Source: Tubiluchus corallicola
Lineage: Eukaryota; Animalia; Priapulida
Assembly: GCA_030141605.1 (NCBI GenBank)
Contig: JAQGDQ010000426.1
Coordinates: 62,001-126,000 of the forward strand
Direction of reading: 5' to 3'
DNA length: 64,000 bases
The notes beneath the pieces are model-generated. The model was not told the origin of the DNA and did not search any database. It saw nothing but the letters and a program-made list of their open reading frames with translations. A program made the position numbers and the translations under genes. Each line of letters starts with the position of its first letter. Position 1 is the first letter of the stretch. Shown piece by piece: positions 41,030-52,896 of this stretch.

Positions 41030-41490
41030 AGGCCAAGAAAAGGGGCATCTGAAGTTGGTGTCAGAAAAATCGCCTTAAAAAATTCTACTACTTTACAGCA
41101 ATTTTATGCACATATCGTACTCGCGTTGAAAGGCATTTTTGTTTGCTTGCATTTTAAATGTCCCGCAATACTGTTCCGACGGCGCGATTACGTGACGTCA
41201 CTACGCTACATAAATCAGGGGAAGAAAAGGCAATGTTAAATTATGACCCAAAATTTTACTTAATTAACAGCATGTATGCTACGAATGCTCTGATTATTTT
41301 TTCAAACTGTACTATCATCTAAGCTTGTTTTAAACGACTTACCATTAAAATGGCTGCACCTAACGGTCATCGCGGGAATTTAAATTTACACGTTTTATAC
41401 AGCGTTACGGCTGATGCAAGCCCTGCATACAAAAAGGTAGTATGTAAGTGGTATAAAATTTCGAGACGAATTTTTTAAGCTTTATGTAAG
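41030..41490 (+). mobile_element. Kolobok-like family B fragment (homologous to 60321-60950)
   Basis: TTAA|AGG start; long by-eye alignment with 60321-60950. The right terminus was not found. Confidence 0.6.
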
Positions 41491-41640
41491 TGGAGGGTTT
41501 CCTTGTGCTGTAATCTCAGGCAGTAGTTTTTTAACACGAAAACTTTGGATGAGAAAATGCCAATGACAAATTTAGGCAAGAGTGAGATATTTCTGCAGGT
41601 TGATCTTCAATGAAATATAAGTGACTGAGTGACTGAGTAA

Positions 41641-41905
41641 TCTTTTAATACCAAGCTCATCACTCTATGTTATTTCTGAGCTGAGATAATCCACGTTGAA
41701 AGTGAGGTGCAGGCTATGCACTGGAAAACATAATCTTGAGAAAATCACTGTTAAAGTCAGCCATTGTTTTTCATCGCGTCTCTACAAAACACTTAGCAAC
41801 CGTACAAAAGTGTTGATGCTTTGGACTTTGCAAGAGCACAATGAAGTTCTGTTTAAATCCAATAGATGGCTCTTCCTGACGAAGATTTGGGTTTAGTAAC
41901 AGAAG
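41641..41905 (+). repeat. Dispersed repeat, inverted partner of 44105-44400
   Basis: Reverse-complement match along ~265 bp. Confidence 0.88.
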
Positions 41906-42891
41906 ATCATAAATTCATTTATATTCAAATTACCCTAAGCAATCAATCACAATGTTTGATCAATATAAATGAATTTATGGGCTACCACACTAAATCAATA
42001 TTCAAAGCCGTATCAAACGAATAAACTTTAAAAAATTACGAACTAATGATTTTAAACACGGAAATGTTTTTTTTAATTTAGCACATTTTAGCATTTCTAG
42101 TGTTCAATGTCTTGATATGCTCTTACGTATTTTAATTTTTATCACTAATTTATAAATTTAGTCGATTTTAATATTATATTATTTACGTAAACTTCAAAGT
42201 TTAAAAAATATAGCTCATCGCTTATTGTACCGAGTACGCGATTGTGGTATTATGTGATCCATTTAATTGTCAGTCTACTACACTAAAGTACTGATTTAGT
42301 CTATGCTGCCATCTGCAGTCGTTGTTTTACTATAATTGTACAAAGTTTGTCTGAGATTGATTTTTGTTTCTAAATATTGTTTCCTTTTGCTTTTATAGAT
42401 ATTCATTAATCAGAGTAATTAGATTGTTAATTTCATGCTTTAATTCTGGATCTAACTCCTATTCAAGTTAAAATAGAAAAAAATTCTAACATTATAACAC
42501 AGCTTTCTGTAATCCAATAATCTTTATTCTGCTATCAAAGAAGCCAAGTAGACTTTGATTTTGGTTTAACTAGTAGTCTGTAGAGTATAAGTGACCTTTC
42601 CATTTATGGTCTGTATGTATGAATGTAATGTACCTTCCAATAGGAACTTGTATGTCTGGTCATGTGATTAGAGCTTTATTCTCTCAGGCATGCAAGTTTC
42701 AGTTGATCTAGAGACAGCATTGAGAAAGGATGCAAATTTTCTACTGTTAAATATCATATTGCTAACTTTGTGACTGTTTGTTCAATTTCATGGTCTGTGA
42801 ACGTTGTATACGTTTTATAATAAAGTGATTGCAAATTTCTGCAGCTCACAAGTTCTTGTGCCAGAATTATATTTTAGTTTCATAATTATAG

Positions 42892-43018
42892 GCATGCCAG
42901 CAAAACCATGATAGCAAATCTTCAAATGGCCGACGCGCAGGAGGGCATCGATGCTTTCATTAAGAAGAGACGGCCCAAATGGTATCACACTAACAAACTG
43001 TTTGAACTAGATTCGTGA
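42892..43018 (+). CDS. ECHDC3: ECHDC3-like, terminal exon 7
   Basis: (R)HASKTMIANLQMADAQEGIDAFIKKRRPKWYHTNKLFELDS*, with the EGIxAFxxKRxPxW crotonase C-terminus. The seven exons total 963 nt = 320 aa plus stop. Confidence 0.96.
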
Positions 43019-43129
43019 TTCTTCTTCTGTGACAGTGAGTGTAACTAGTGCTGTCGGGTTTTAGCTTGACCAGCGATTCAAGTGATGCAAATATTATGAA
43101 TCAATCAGTCATTCAATCAATCAATCAAT

Positions 43130-43453
43130 CACCTTTTCGTAGCTCAGTTTCGCACTAGGCAGCTCAAATGATTTATCTTTCCATGGTATGCAAACCTCAT
43201 AATGTCCATCCGTCATTTTCATGGATTTCTCTACTTTAGCTAAAGCGTTCGCTGCATCAATATCCAGAGTGCGGCAACTTGGCATCGTGCCAACTGAATC
43301 TATCTGCCAAAATTGTTCCAACGTCTCATCAAGCCGAATTTCACTAGCCTCGGCCGAAAAATACGTGTGAACGAAATTGGTGCGAACTCGGTAACTGTCG
43401 CAATCATTTGGTTGTCCTATACATGTCCATCCGAGTGGTGTTAATCTTGCTAT
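43130..43453 (-). mobile_element. BEL/Pao LTR-retrotransposon polyprotein fragment (protease-RT linker)
   Basis: IARLTPLGWTCIG...LEQFWQIDSVG...GHYEVCIPWK...LP matches the BEL/Pao T.LGW / FW..E / G.Y.V.LPWK motifs. Confidence 0.85.
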
Positions 43454-44104
43454 TGTGTTACTCCAACTTATGAAATGTTAGTACGATCGCTAATTAGGCA
43501 ATTAATGTTAATTAATTAATTGCCCGACTACGGGAGCTTCGGCTGGGTCGGAATGGCTATGACGAATACCAGAGCGACCTCAGACCACGAAATACGCGTT
43601 GTGAAGTAAATCTGTATCTCCTTAGTGAGCATTGAGACACGACCAGGCGTTACAGTTATCTTTCCCCTCCAGTAGCTTGTAGACATTGTGGCGCCCCCTA
43701 TTCTAGCGCTGCTGAATTGTTTAGAGTTGTTGATTTTTAGCACCATGGCTAACTGTAATAACAGTTAGTTTTGTTAGGCCTGACAATCTACAGCTCTAGT
43801 TGTGTGCTTGGAAACCAAAGCCATCCATAAGTCGGCATTTTAAACTACATTATGATTCATAGTAATGTATCAAAATTTTGGTCTAATGTTAATTTTTTGT
43901 TTTTTTATAAAAACAAATGCTAAATATATTGGACTTTTATATTCTAGCATCAAATTATCAAGAAAATGTCGAAAATATACTAAAAATTCTATTTTATAAT
44001 CCTGTGCCCATTTCTCTGCCTAGAAACTAGTACTGCAATTGCAAAAAACTTGTATTTTCAAACTTCGATAGTAGCTCGTGGAAGCAGTCATTTTGCTTCG
44101 TGTT

Positions 44105-44400
44105 TTTTCTGTTGATAAGCTCCAATCTTCGTTTGGAAGAGCCATCTATTTGGATTTAAACACAACTTCAATGTGTTCTTGCAAAGTCCATAACATCCAC
44201 CCTTTGGTACGATTGCTAAGTGTTTTGTAGAGATGCGATGAAAAACAATGGCTGACTTTACTAGCGATTTTCTCAAGATTACTTTTTTCAGTGATTTTCT
44301 CAAGATTATGTTTTTCATTGGTGCAGCCTGCACCTCAACTTCAATGTGGATTATCTCAGCTTAGAAATAACATACAGTGATGAGCTTGATATCAAAATGA
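44105..44400 (-). repeat. Dispersed repeat, inverted partner of 41641-41905
   Basis: Reverse-complement match, plus a small internal duplication (GATTTTCTCAAGATTA x2). Confidence 0.88.
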
Positions 44401-44487
44401 TCCTCATGAAATGGAGATTCAGGGTATGTGAATAACTAGAAAACCTGATCCTTAAAGCCGACTTATGGACGATTTTGCTATGCAAGC

Positions 44488-44733
44488 ATACAGTTGTGCA
44501 ATTTGTCATAAGTGAGTCATACTCACCAGACACAGTTGTGCAATTTGTCATAAGTGTGTCATACTCACCAGACACAGTTGTGCAATTTGTCGTGAGTCAT
44601 ACTCACCAGACACAGTTGTGCAATTTGTGGTAAGTGAGTCATACTCACCAGACACAGTTGTGCAATTTGTCGTGAGTCACACTCACCAGACACAGTTGTG
44701 CAATTTGTCGTGAGTCATATTCAACAGACACAA
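44488..44733. repeat. 38/42 bp minisatellite, ~6 copies
   Basis: Unit GACACAGTTGTGCAATTTGTC(ATAA)GTGAGTCATACTCACCA. Confidence 0.92.
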
Positions 44734-45266
44734 GACAAATCAATGCTTGTAAAATGATTTTTCATCAGACAGTGTCAGTAAGATTATTAAATTTTCGTCA
44801 TTATTAAAGGATTTTCGTTTAGCTAGAATCACCTGTGTGCCTTTCTTCAAGATTTCACGGGAGTGTTTTGGCATTTGGATCTTTACGAACAATTCAGCTT
44901 GCTGATTGATTAAGTTAAGGTTGAATGTGTAAAAGCTATTAAATATACATACCATTGGCTAGGGTAATATTAGCAGCAAATTTCAATACATGTGATTTTT
45001 CATTGATTATTTACATTTCATTATTATTTAAAAGCATATTCGCAATGTGCCATAGATTTATGTAACAAACGAAATAGGAAGTAATGAATTTCCAATCTGT
45101 TAAAATTTGTATAATTAGGAAATAAATTTAAATTTGTGTCAGAAATTATAAATGATTTTCTTTCCAAGTTAAATATTTTATACTGCTTTTCGTACATGAT
45201 GAATGGTGAATATCACTGACTGGTTGTGACACCTACAGGGAGAGAGTGAAATTATTAAGCTATTAA

Positions 45267-45702
45267 AGGAAAACCGGACGATTGTGTAAACATTAGTTCA
45301 GAATAAAGAATGGTCTAAAATATTGAAAACTACAATAGATTGGCAACGGCGCCTTTTTTTGCGTGGCCGACATATAGAAGGCGGTACCGTGATAAAAATG
45401 ATCATGGACTGCAGTGTTAGTTTGTGACGCCATATGACGTAGACCCAATTTTCGCGACATCACGCGTTTAAGCAGTAAAACTTACGCAAACATGCTTGAC
45501 GGGCAAGGGAAGATGCCTGTCATTGCACAAACTGTGGTTAGTTTCTGACGTAAGCAATACCTGTGTTCGGCTGCCGTTAATTAACTTTCTAAGCTAATTA
45601 TTCAAATATAAGAAACAATTGTTAACTTTTATTGCAAGAAAATGTCAATTTTGGACGGTAAATTAAAATGAGATTGAGTCTAAACAATCGTCCGGTTTTC
45701 CT
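45267..45702 (-). mobile_element. Kolobok-like MITE (family A-related) with intact ends
   Basis: TTAA|AGGAAAACCGGACGATTGT ... ACAATCGTCCGGTTTTCCT|TTAA: perfect 19 bp TIR and TTAA TSD. Confidence 0.88.
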
Positions 45703-46834
45703 TTAATGATGTTGATGAAGCCTTACCAACATTATTGTTATTATTGTTTGTGTGAACTTAATAAAACGTTTTCAAAACTTTGTAACCTCGTTGTAAAGCT
45801 CATAAATAACCAACTACAGAGTCTTTTACAATTCCATAGTCATTTAGATTATAAGTTACTTATGCTTTGAAAGCACTTTAGTAAATAGTAGAAATTACTG
45901 TTGAAGTCTGTACTTGTAGTTTGGGCTAGCTCTTGCCATGTAAATTCATTAAGTTTTTTTGCTTAATTTTGCTTCATAAATCTCATAAATCCAAAAATTA
46001 AAGTATATTTCCTGAATTTTGAAACAAAACACAAATGTCCTTGGGACATAGATGTCTTCAGGTGAATTTATAGCACAAGCAGTTTCAACAATACATGCAT
46101 GGGCTTCGTCTATTGTGTTTTATCTTGAAGCTTGCATACTTGGGTTAGGTTTCTCAGTGCAGACGTATTTTAAGAGCAAGCCCCCGTCTATTCTCAGCTG
46201 TTTTTGAAAGCGAATCCTTGCACCCCATGTTAAAATTCACTCTTTTCCGTCCAAGCTGCAACTGGTATCTCCAGTCAGTGAGCGATCTAAAACTTTCCGA
46301 GTTTCTCCACCAGGGTCCGCCGCTATCGCAGATTTTGAGAAGCCCATCAGGGCGTCGACACGTCGGCCAATCAGAAACCGTTTATACATAGACGACGCCC
46401 TTGTCCTACCTTATATGGCACTGGGCTTCAGTTTAGTGTAAGAATGCCTGCGGTAAGACGATCTACAGGCGAACTTTAAATATATTCTTAAAATTGTTTA
46501 TTTTACCTGGAAGTCAGGTTGTTACAGGAGTTGCAAATCATAGGCTTTCTGCCTTGTCTCAAATTCTCTAAAATTTAATGGAAAACGCGAGATTGTTTAA
46601 CTCACTAGTCGCGTGCTAGTGTTGTTTCAGTTGCGTTTAACTAAACACAAATACAAAACAACACGGTTTTTTGTTTTGTATTTGTTGATTATTTCATTTT
46701 AATCTCTCTTACTAAACTGTTGCACAGGTTTGACATTTACTGACAATTTTCATTGATTGCAATTGGCAAACTATTCAAGGTACCGTAAATTGTGGTTGCC
46801 TAACCTGTTTAGATTAAATCCCCTGTAATGTATA

Positions 46835-47338
46835 CAGTCAACCTCGGATATAAGAGACACCCCCGGACCGGGAAAAATCGTCCCTTATGTCCGATGTTCC
46901 TTATAGCGGAAGTTGAGTCGCGGAAACCGAGCTGTTTGAAGGCTGAGTTTGCGAAAAATTCAGGTTAAAAATCGACCAATTTCGCTTGAGCAACTTTTTT
47001 TTATATTTTCGACTAGTTACTCACATCATTAGAGCCACAAGACCTGACCGTAGTCCATGGGAATACAGTCAGGCCCACACGGGGTCTCGGCATAGACTTT
47101 TCAGGGGGTAAAAAATATTTTATCACAGGCTCCCTTATATGCGAGGTAATTTACCTGAGTTTTCATTACGCGGGATCTGAAGATATCGTCCTTTATAACG
47201 GAAAGTCCGTTATATCCGAGTATCTTATATATAAGATTTTTATAAGGAAAAACGTTACGAAAAATCGGGACCGGTGTTGGTGGTCCCTTATAAGCGAGTG
47301 TCCCTTATAAGGAATTACCTTATACCCGAGATTGAATG
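46835..47338. mobile_element. pogo/Tigger-like MITE
   Basis: TA|CAGTCAACCTCGGATATAAG ... CTTATACCCGAGATTGAATG|TA (3 mismatches), with internal CCTTATA subrepeats. Confidence 0.85.
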
Positions 47339-47533
47339 TATGTATACACAAATATATATGAAAGTTTTATTTTCATTACAAGAATACAAGGGGCTATAAT
47401 CTAAATAAGCTGGTAAGCCAAACTTCTTTACATTAACGGTATGAGTAGTCACGATTGTTTTGCATTGTTTTTATCACTTCTGTATACTAACCAATTTAAC
47501 CGAAAGAGGCAAAGTGATATAACGACATAAAAA

Positions 47534-48582
47534 TATAATGACAAAGTATATAATGACAATATATAATGACAGTATATAATGACAGTATATAATTACAGTA
47601 TATAATTACAGTATATAATGACAAAGTATATAATGACAGTATATAATGACAGTATATAATTACAGTATATAATTACAGTATATAATGACAAAGTATATAA
47701 TGACAAAGTATATAATCACAAAGTATATAATGACAGTATATAATTACAGTATATAATTACAGTATATAATTACAGTATATAATGATAAAGTACATAATTA
47801 CAGTATATAATTACAGTATATAATTACAGTATATAATGACAAAGTATATAATGACAGTATATAATTACAGTATATAATTACAGTATATAATGACAAAGTA
47901 TATAATGACAGTATATAATGACAGTATATAATTACAGTATATAATTACAGTATATAATGACAAAGTATATAATGACAAAGTATATAATGACAGTATATAA
48001 TTACAGTATATAATTACAGTATATAATTACAGTATATAATGATAAAGTATATAATTACAGTATATAATTACAGTATATAATTACAGTATATAATGACAAA
48101 GTATATAATGACAGTATATAATTACAGTATATAATTACAGTATATAATGACAAAGTATATAATGACAGTATATAATGACAGTATATAATTACAGTATATA
48201 ATTACAGTATATAATGACAAAGTATATAATGACAGTATATAATGACAGTATATAATTACAGTATATAATGACAAAGTATATAATGACAAAGTATATAATG
48301 ACAAAGTATATAATGACAGTATATAATTACAGTATATAATTACAGTATATAATGATAAAGTATATAATTACAGTATATAATTACAGTATATAATGACAAA
48401 GTATATAATGACAGTATATAATGACAGTATATAATTACAGTATATAATGACAAAGTATATAATGACAAAGTATATAATGACAAAGTATATAATGACAGTA
48501 TATAATTACAGTATATAATTACAGTATATAATGATAAAGTATATAATTACAGTATATAATGACAAAGTAACATAATGACAAA
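47534..48582. repeat. 13/15 bp AT-rich minisatellite (TATAAT[T/G]ACA[AA]GTA), ~75 units, with higher-order structure
   Basis: Direct reading. Confidence 0.96.
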
Positions 48583-49366
48583 ACAATGCTGCATGAGCAA
48601 AGTGACTAGGAAAACTAAGCTATTTCTTATTGACGGGATGAAGAAGTCGTGTCATGTTGTGCATGTTCATAATTTGTCATACAGACGATTATTAAAATTT
48701 AGTAATACTGATATGCACTCCAGCTGACAATTTGCCAAAATTTAGAGAATAAATGTAAAAATAGTTTGCTAAAAATATGAAAAAACGTGGCAGCTTCAAG
48801 GTTAACTAGGACGTCTAAATGCCTCTTGTAAGCATGTAAAAACGTTGTGCGCATGCGTGTGGTATAGTTAACTGTTAACAGAAAGATTGAAATTGAAATT
48901 CTTGCCATGAAATTTTAGCGCTTACCGGGTAACTTACGCGCAGTTAGAAGCGTTATTTTGGACTGTTACAAAGTTCTGCACAAACCACCACCAGGACACC
49001 TGCAATTACGCGTCTTTCTTCATACTATCATACCTTTCATATGACAAGGCAGCAGTTTGCAATCCGGTGTTTCAGTGATGGAACCGGGTTAATTTCGAAT
49101 CAGTTGACAACAGTCCCAAGTTACATGTTCCTAAATGAATTGATAAAATGCGCTAGAATTACGTATGCGTCTTGCTAAAGTATTAGTATAAAGGTATGAT
49201 AATATGAAGACACGTCTTATCTTGGTTTTGCGGTACATGCTGTAATGGTACTCAGGACCACCGAGCCTCGTTTCTAGATGGATGGATGATTATTGCTGTT
49301 GGATGGTTTGACCAGAAGATATTTATTTCACCGAGCAAGAGTGCATAGACCTATATAATATATTAG

Positions 49367-49827
49367 TTATGGCAATACTGGAACAATTCATCAGTATGAG
49401 AAATAGGCAAAATTGCTTTACCCATGTTCAGGTATATGGGATAACAATACTGGAACAATACAGTTCAGCAATACTGGAACAATTCATCAGTATGAGAAAT
49501 AGTCACAATTGCTTTACCCGTGTTCAGGTATATGGGATAACAATACTGGAACAATACAGTTCAGCAATACTGGCACAATCCATCGGTATGAGAAATAGTC
49601 ACAATTGCTTTACCCGTGTTCAGGTATATGGGATAACAATACTGGAACAATACAGTTCAGCAATACTGGCACAATCCATCGGTATGAGAAATAGTCACAA
49701 TTGCTTTACCCGTGTTCAGGTATATGGGATAACAATACTGGAACAATACAGTTCAGCAATACTGGAACAATTCATCAGTATGAGAAATAGTCACAATTGC
49801 TTTACCCGTGTTCCAGTATTGCCATAA
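49367..49827. mobile_element. TIR-bounded element filled by a 96 bp tandem repeat (~4.6 copies)
   Basis: Perfect 19 bp inverted ends TTATGGCAATACTGGAACA / TGTTCCAGTATTGCCATAA. Confidence 0.75.
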
Positions 49828-51013
49828 ATTATTAGCGTAATCAAATCAAATTAAATCATTTATTTTTTAGACACTGTCACTCGCGATTTTAAGAATAATC
49901 AATTTGTATAAAAATAAAAATATTAGTAAAAATTCTCATTAGTGTTGCTCTGATATTAGCATATTGACAGACATTTGACTCGTGCGTAGAATATGCACGC
50001 ATTGTAGCTCAACCAAGGTCATCATCGGGTCACGCTGCTTGACCGGGAACCTGGTGACCACGGTAAAATGAGGCAGGTCAGTTAATTTCTCGGTTTTCGT
50101 ATTAACAGTAAAAGAGGTTGCTGAACCGATATTCACAATACAACAGGCAATCTGAATTCTTGGTGATGTTAAACAATTCAATTAAGAAAAATGATTTTGC
50201 AAAAATGAAACATGTTCGTGTTAGTTTGCTAGTTGAGCAAGGTACAAGCATCAAATGTGTAAATCACACGTCTGCAATATCGATTCACCTCTAATTAAGA
50301 AATCACAGATTGAACATGGATGATTTCATAAACACGAAAAACTCTTAATTGCTCGATTTAATGAGATACATGCTTGAGTTACACACGACAATCGATCCTA
50401 ATCTAATTATTGACTCAAAGCATGGTTTTAATTACTCTAGCCATGCTGTAGTCGTGGGAGGGGGATGGTACAGCAGCTGGTAGCCTGGGAAGCCAGCTGG
50501 TGAAGTGTTTTGTTACGGTCTAGTGGATCAGCACCAATGCTGATCAGTGGGATAGCATGTACATGTAATACCATCCAAATCAGTAAAGGCCATAAAAAGA
50601 TGTTTTGGTATCTTGCTTGTTACTAAATGAAAGTAAAGACTAGTGGGTGTATGTATACTTATGGTCTACTCTGTAATTTTGTGTCTTGTTCCTAAGTAAT
50701 ATGTGATGCGTTGATCTTAGTAGAGTTACCGAATCCTTTCTACCTATTCCTGTCTGTAGGTCAGAGCAAGGTTCATTTTGTTCACCTTGTATATTATCCA
50801 GTTTCCACCTCAAGAAGTGTAGCCACTCTTTTCCTTTTTGTCGCGTTCCCTGTTGTTTGAGCGAGGCTGAGTCCATACATCTCGCTCTAAGTCGTCTGAT
50901 GTGCATTTTGCTACAAGAAAAGGTTGACTGTTTCTCAGTTCCATAAAGTGTAAAAGGATGAAATCCACCTTCTAATACATTAAACAAAGGATGACGTAAT
51001 AAAGTCTAAACAT

Positions 51014-52896
51014 CGTGGTAACAGAATCAAGGAAACCTTCTCGTGTACTGTGGTAACAGAATCAAGGAAACCTTCTCGTGTACTGTGGTAACAGAATCAA
51101 GGAAACCTTCTCGTGTACTGTGAAAAAAGAATCAAGGAAACCTTCTCGTTTACTGTGGAAACAGAATCAAGGAAACCTTCTCGTGTAATGTGGAAACAGA
51201 ATCAAGGAAACCTTCTCGTGTAGTGTGGAAACAGAATCAAGGAAACCTCGTGTAGTGTGGAAACAGAATCAAGGAAACCTTCTCGTGTACTGTGGAAACA
51301 GAATCAAGGAAACCTTCTCGTGTACTGTGGAAACAGAATCAAGGAAACCTTGTCGTCTAGTGTGGAAACAGAATCAAGGAAACCTTGTCGTCTAGTGTGG
51401 AAACAGAATCAAGGAAACCTCGTGTAGTGTGGAAACAGAATCAAGGAAGCCTTCTCGAGTAGTGTGGAAACAGAATCAAGGAAACCTTGTCGTCTAGTGT
51501 GGAAATAGAATCAAGGAAACCTTGTCGTGTAGTGTGGAAACAGAATCAAGGAAACCTTCTCGTGTAGTGTGGAAACAGAATCAAGGAAGCCTTCTCGTGT
51601 AGTGTGGAAACAGAATCAAGGAAACCTTCTCGTGTAGTGTGGAAACAGAATCAAGGAAACCTTCTCGTGTAGTGTGGAAACAGAATCAAGGAACCTTCTC
51701 GTGTGTGGAAACAGAATCAAGGAAGCCTTCTCGTTTACTGTGGAAACAGAATCAAGGAAACCTTCTCGTGTAATGTGGAAACAGAATCAAGGAAACCTTC
51801 TCGTGTAGTGTGGAAACAGAATCAAGGAAGCCTTCTCGTGTAGTGTGGAAACAGAATCAAGGAAACCTTCTCGTGTAGTGTGGAAACAGAATCAAGGAAA
51901 CCTTCTCGTGTAGTGTGGAAACAGAATCAAGGAAGCCTTCTCGTGTAGTGTGGAAACAGAATCAAGGAAACCTTCTCGTGTAGTGTGGAAACAGAATCAA
52001 GGAAACCTTCTCGTGTAGTGTGGAAACAGAATCAAGGAAGCCTTCTCGTGTAGTGTGGAAACAGAATCAAGGAAACCTTCTCGTGTAGTGTGGAAACAGA
52101 ATCAAGGAAACCTTCTCGTGTAGTGTGGAAACAGAATCAAGGAAACCTTCTCGTGTAGTGTGGAAACAGAATCAAGGAAACCTTCTCGTGTAGTGTGGAA
52201 ACAGAATCAAGGAAACCTTCTCGTGTAGTGTGGAAACAGAATCAAGGAAGCCTTCTCGTGTAGTGTGGAAACAGAATCAAGGAAGCCTTGTCGTGTGGCG
52301 TGGAAACAGAATCAAGGAAACCTTGTCGTGTAGTGTGGAAACAGAATCAAGGAAGCCTTGTCGTGTGGCGTGGAAACAGAATCAAGGAAACCTCGTGTAC
52401 TGTGGAAACAGAATCAAGGAAACCTTGTCGTGTAGTGTGGAAACAGAATCAAGGAAACCTTGTCGTCTAGTGTGGAAATAGAATCAAGGAAACCTTCTCG
52501 TGTAGTGTGGAAACAGAATCAAGGAAACCTTCTCGTGTACTGTGGAAACAGAATCAAGGAAACCTCGTGTAGTGTGGAAATAGAATCAAGGAAACCTTGT
52601 CGTCTAGTGTGGAAATAGAATCAAGGAAACCTTCTCGTGTAGTGTGGAAACAGAATCAAGGAAACCTCGTGTAGTGTGGAAACAGAATCAAGGAAACCTT
52701 CTCGTGTAGTGTGGAAACAGAATCAAGGAAACCTCGTGTACTGTGGAAACAGAATCAAGGAACCTCGTGTACTGTGGAAACAGAATCAAGGAACCTCGTG
52801 TACTGTGGAAACAGAATCAAGGAAACCTTCTCGTGTACTGTGGAAACAGAATCAAGGAACCTCGTGTAGTGTGGAAACAGAATCAAGGAAACCTTC
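51014..52896. repeat. 35 bp minisatellite (TGGAAACAGAATCAAGGAAACCTTCTCGTGTAGTG), ~54 copies
   Basis: Direct reading; shorter deletion variants are interspersed. Confidence 0.97.

Noticed and set aside
50590-50990. 115 aa minus-strand ORF with RT-like traces (HLFMAFTDL) in another frame
   Set aside because: Only one weak motif, with stops; not enough to annotate.
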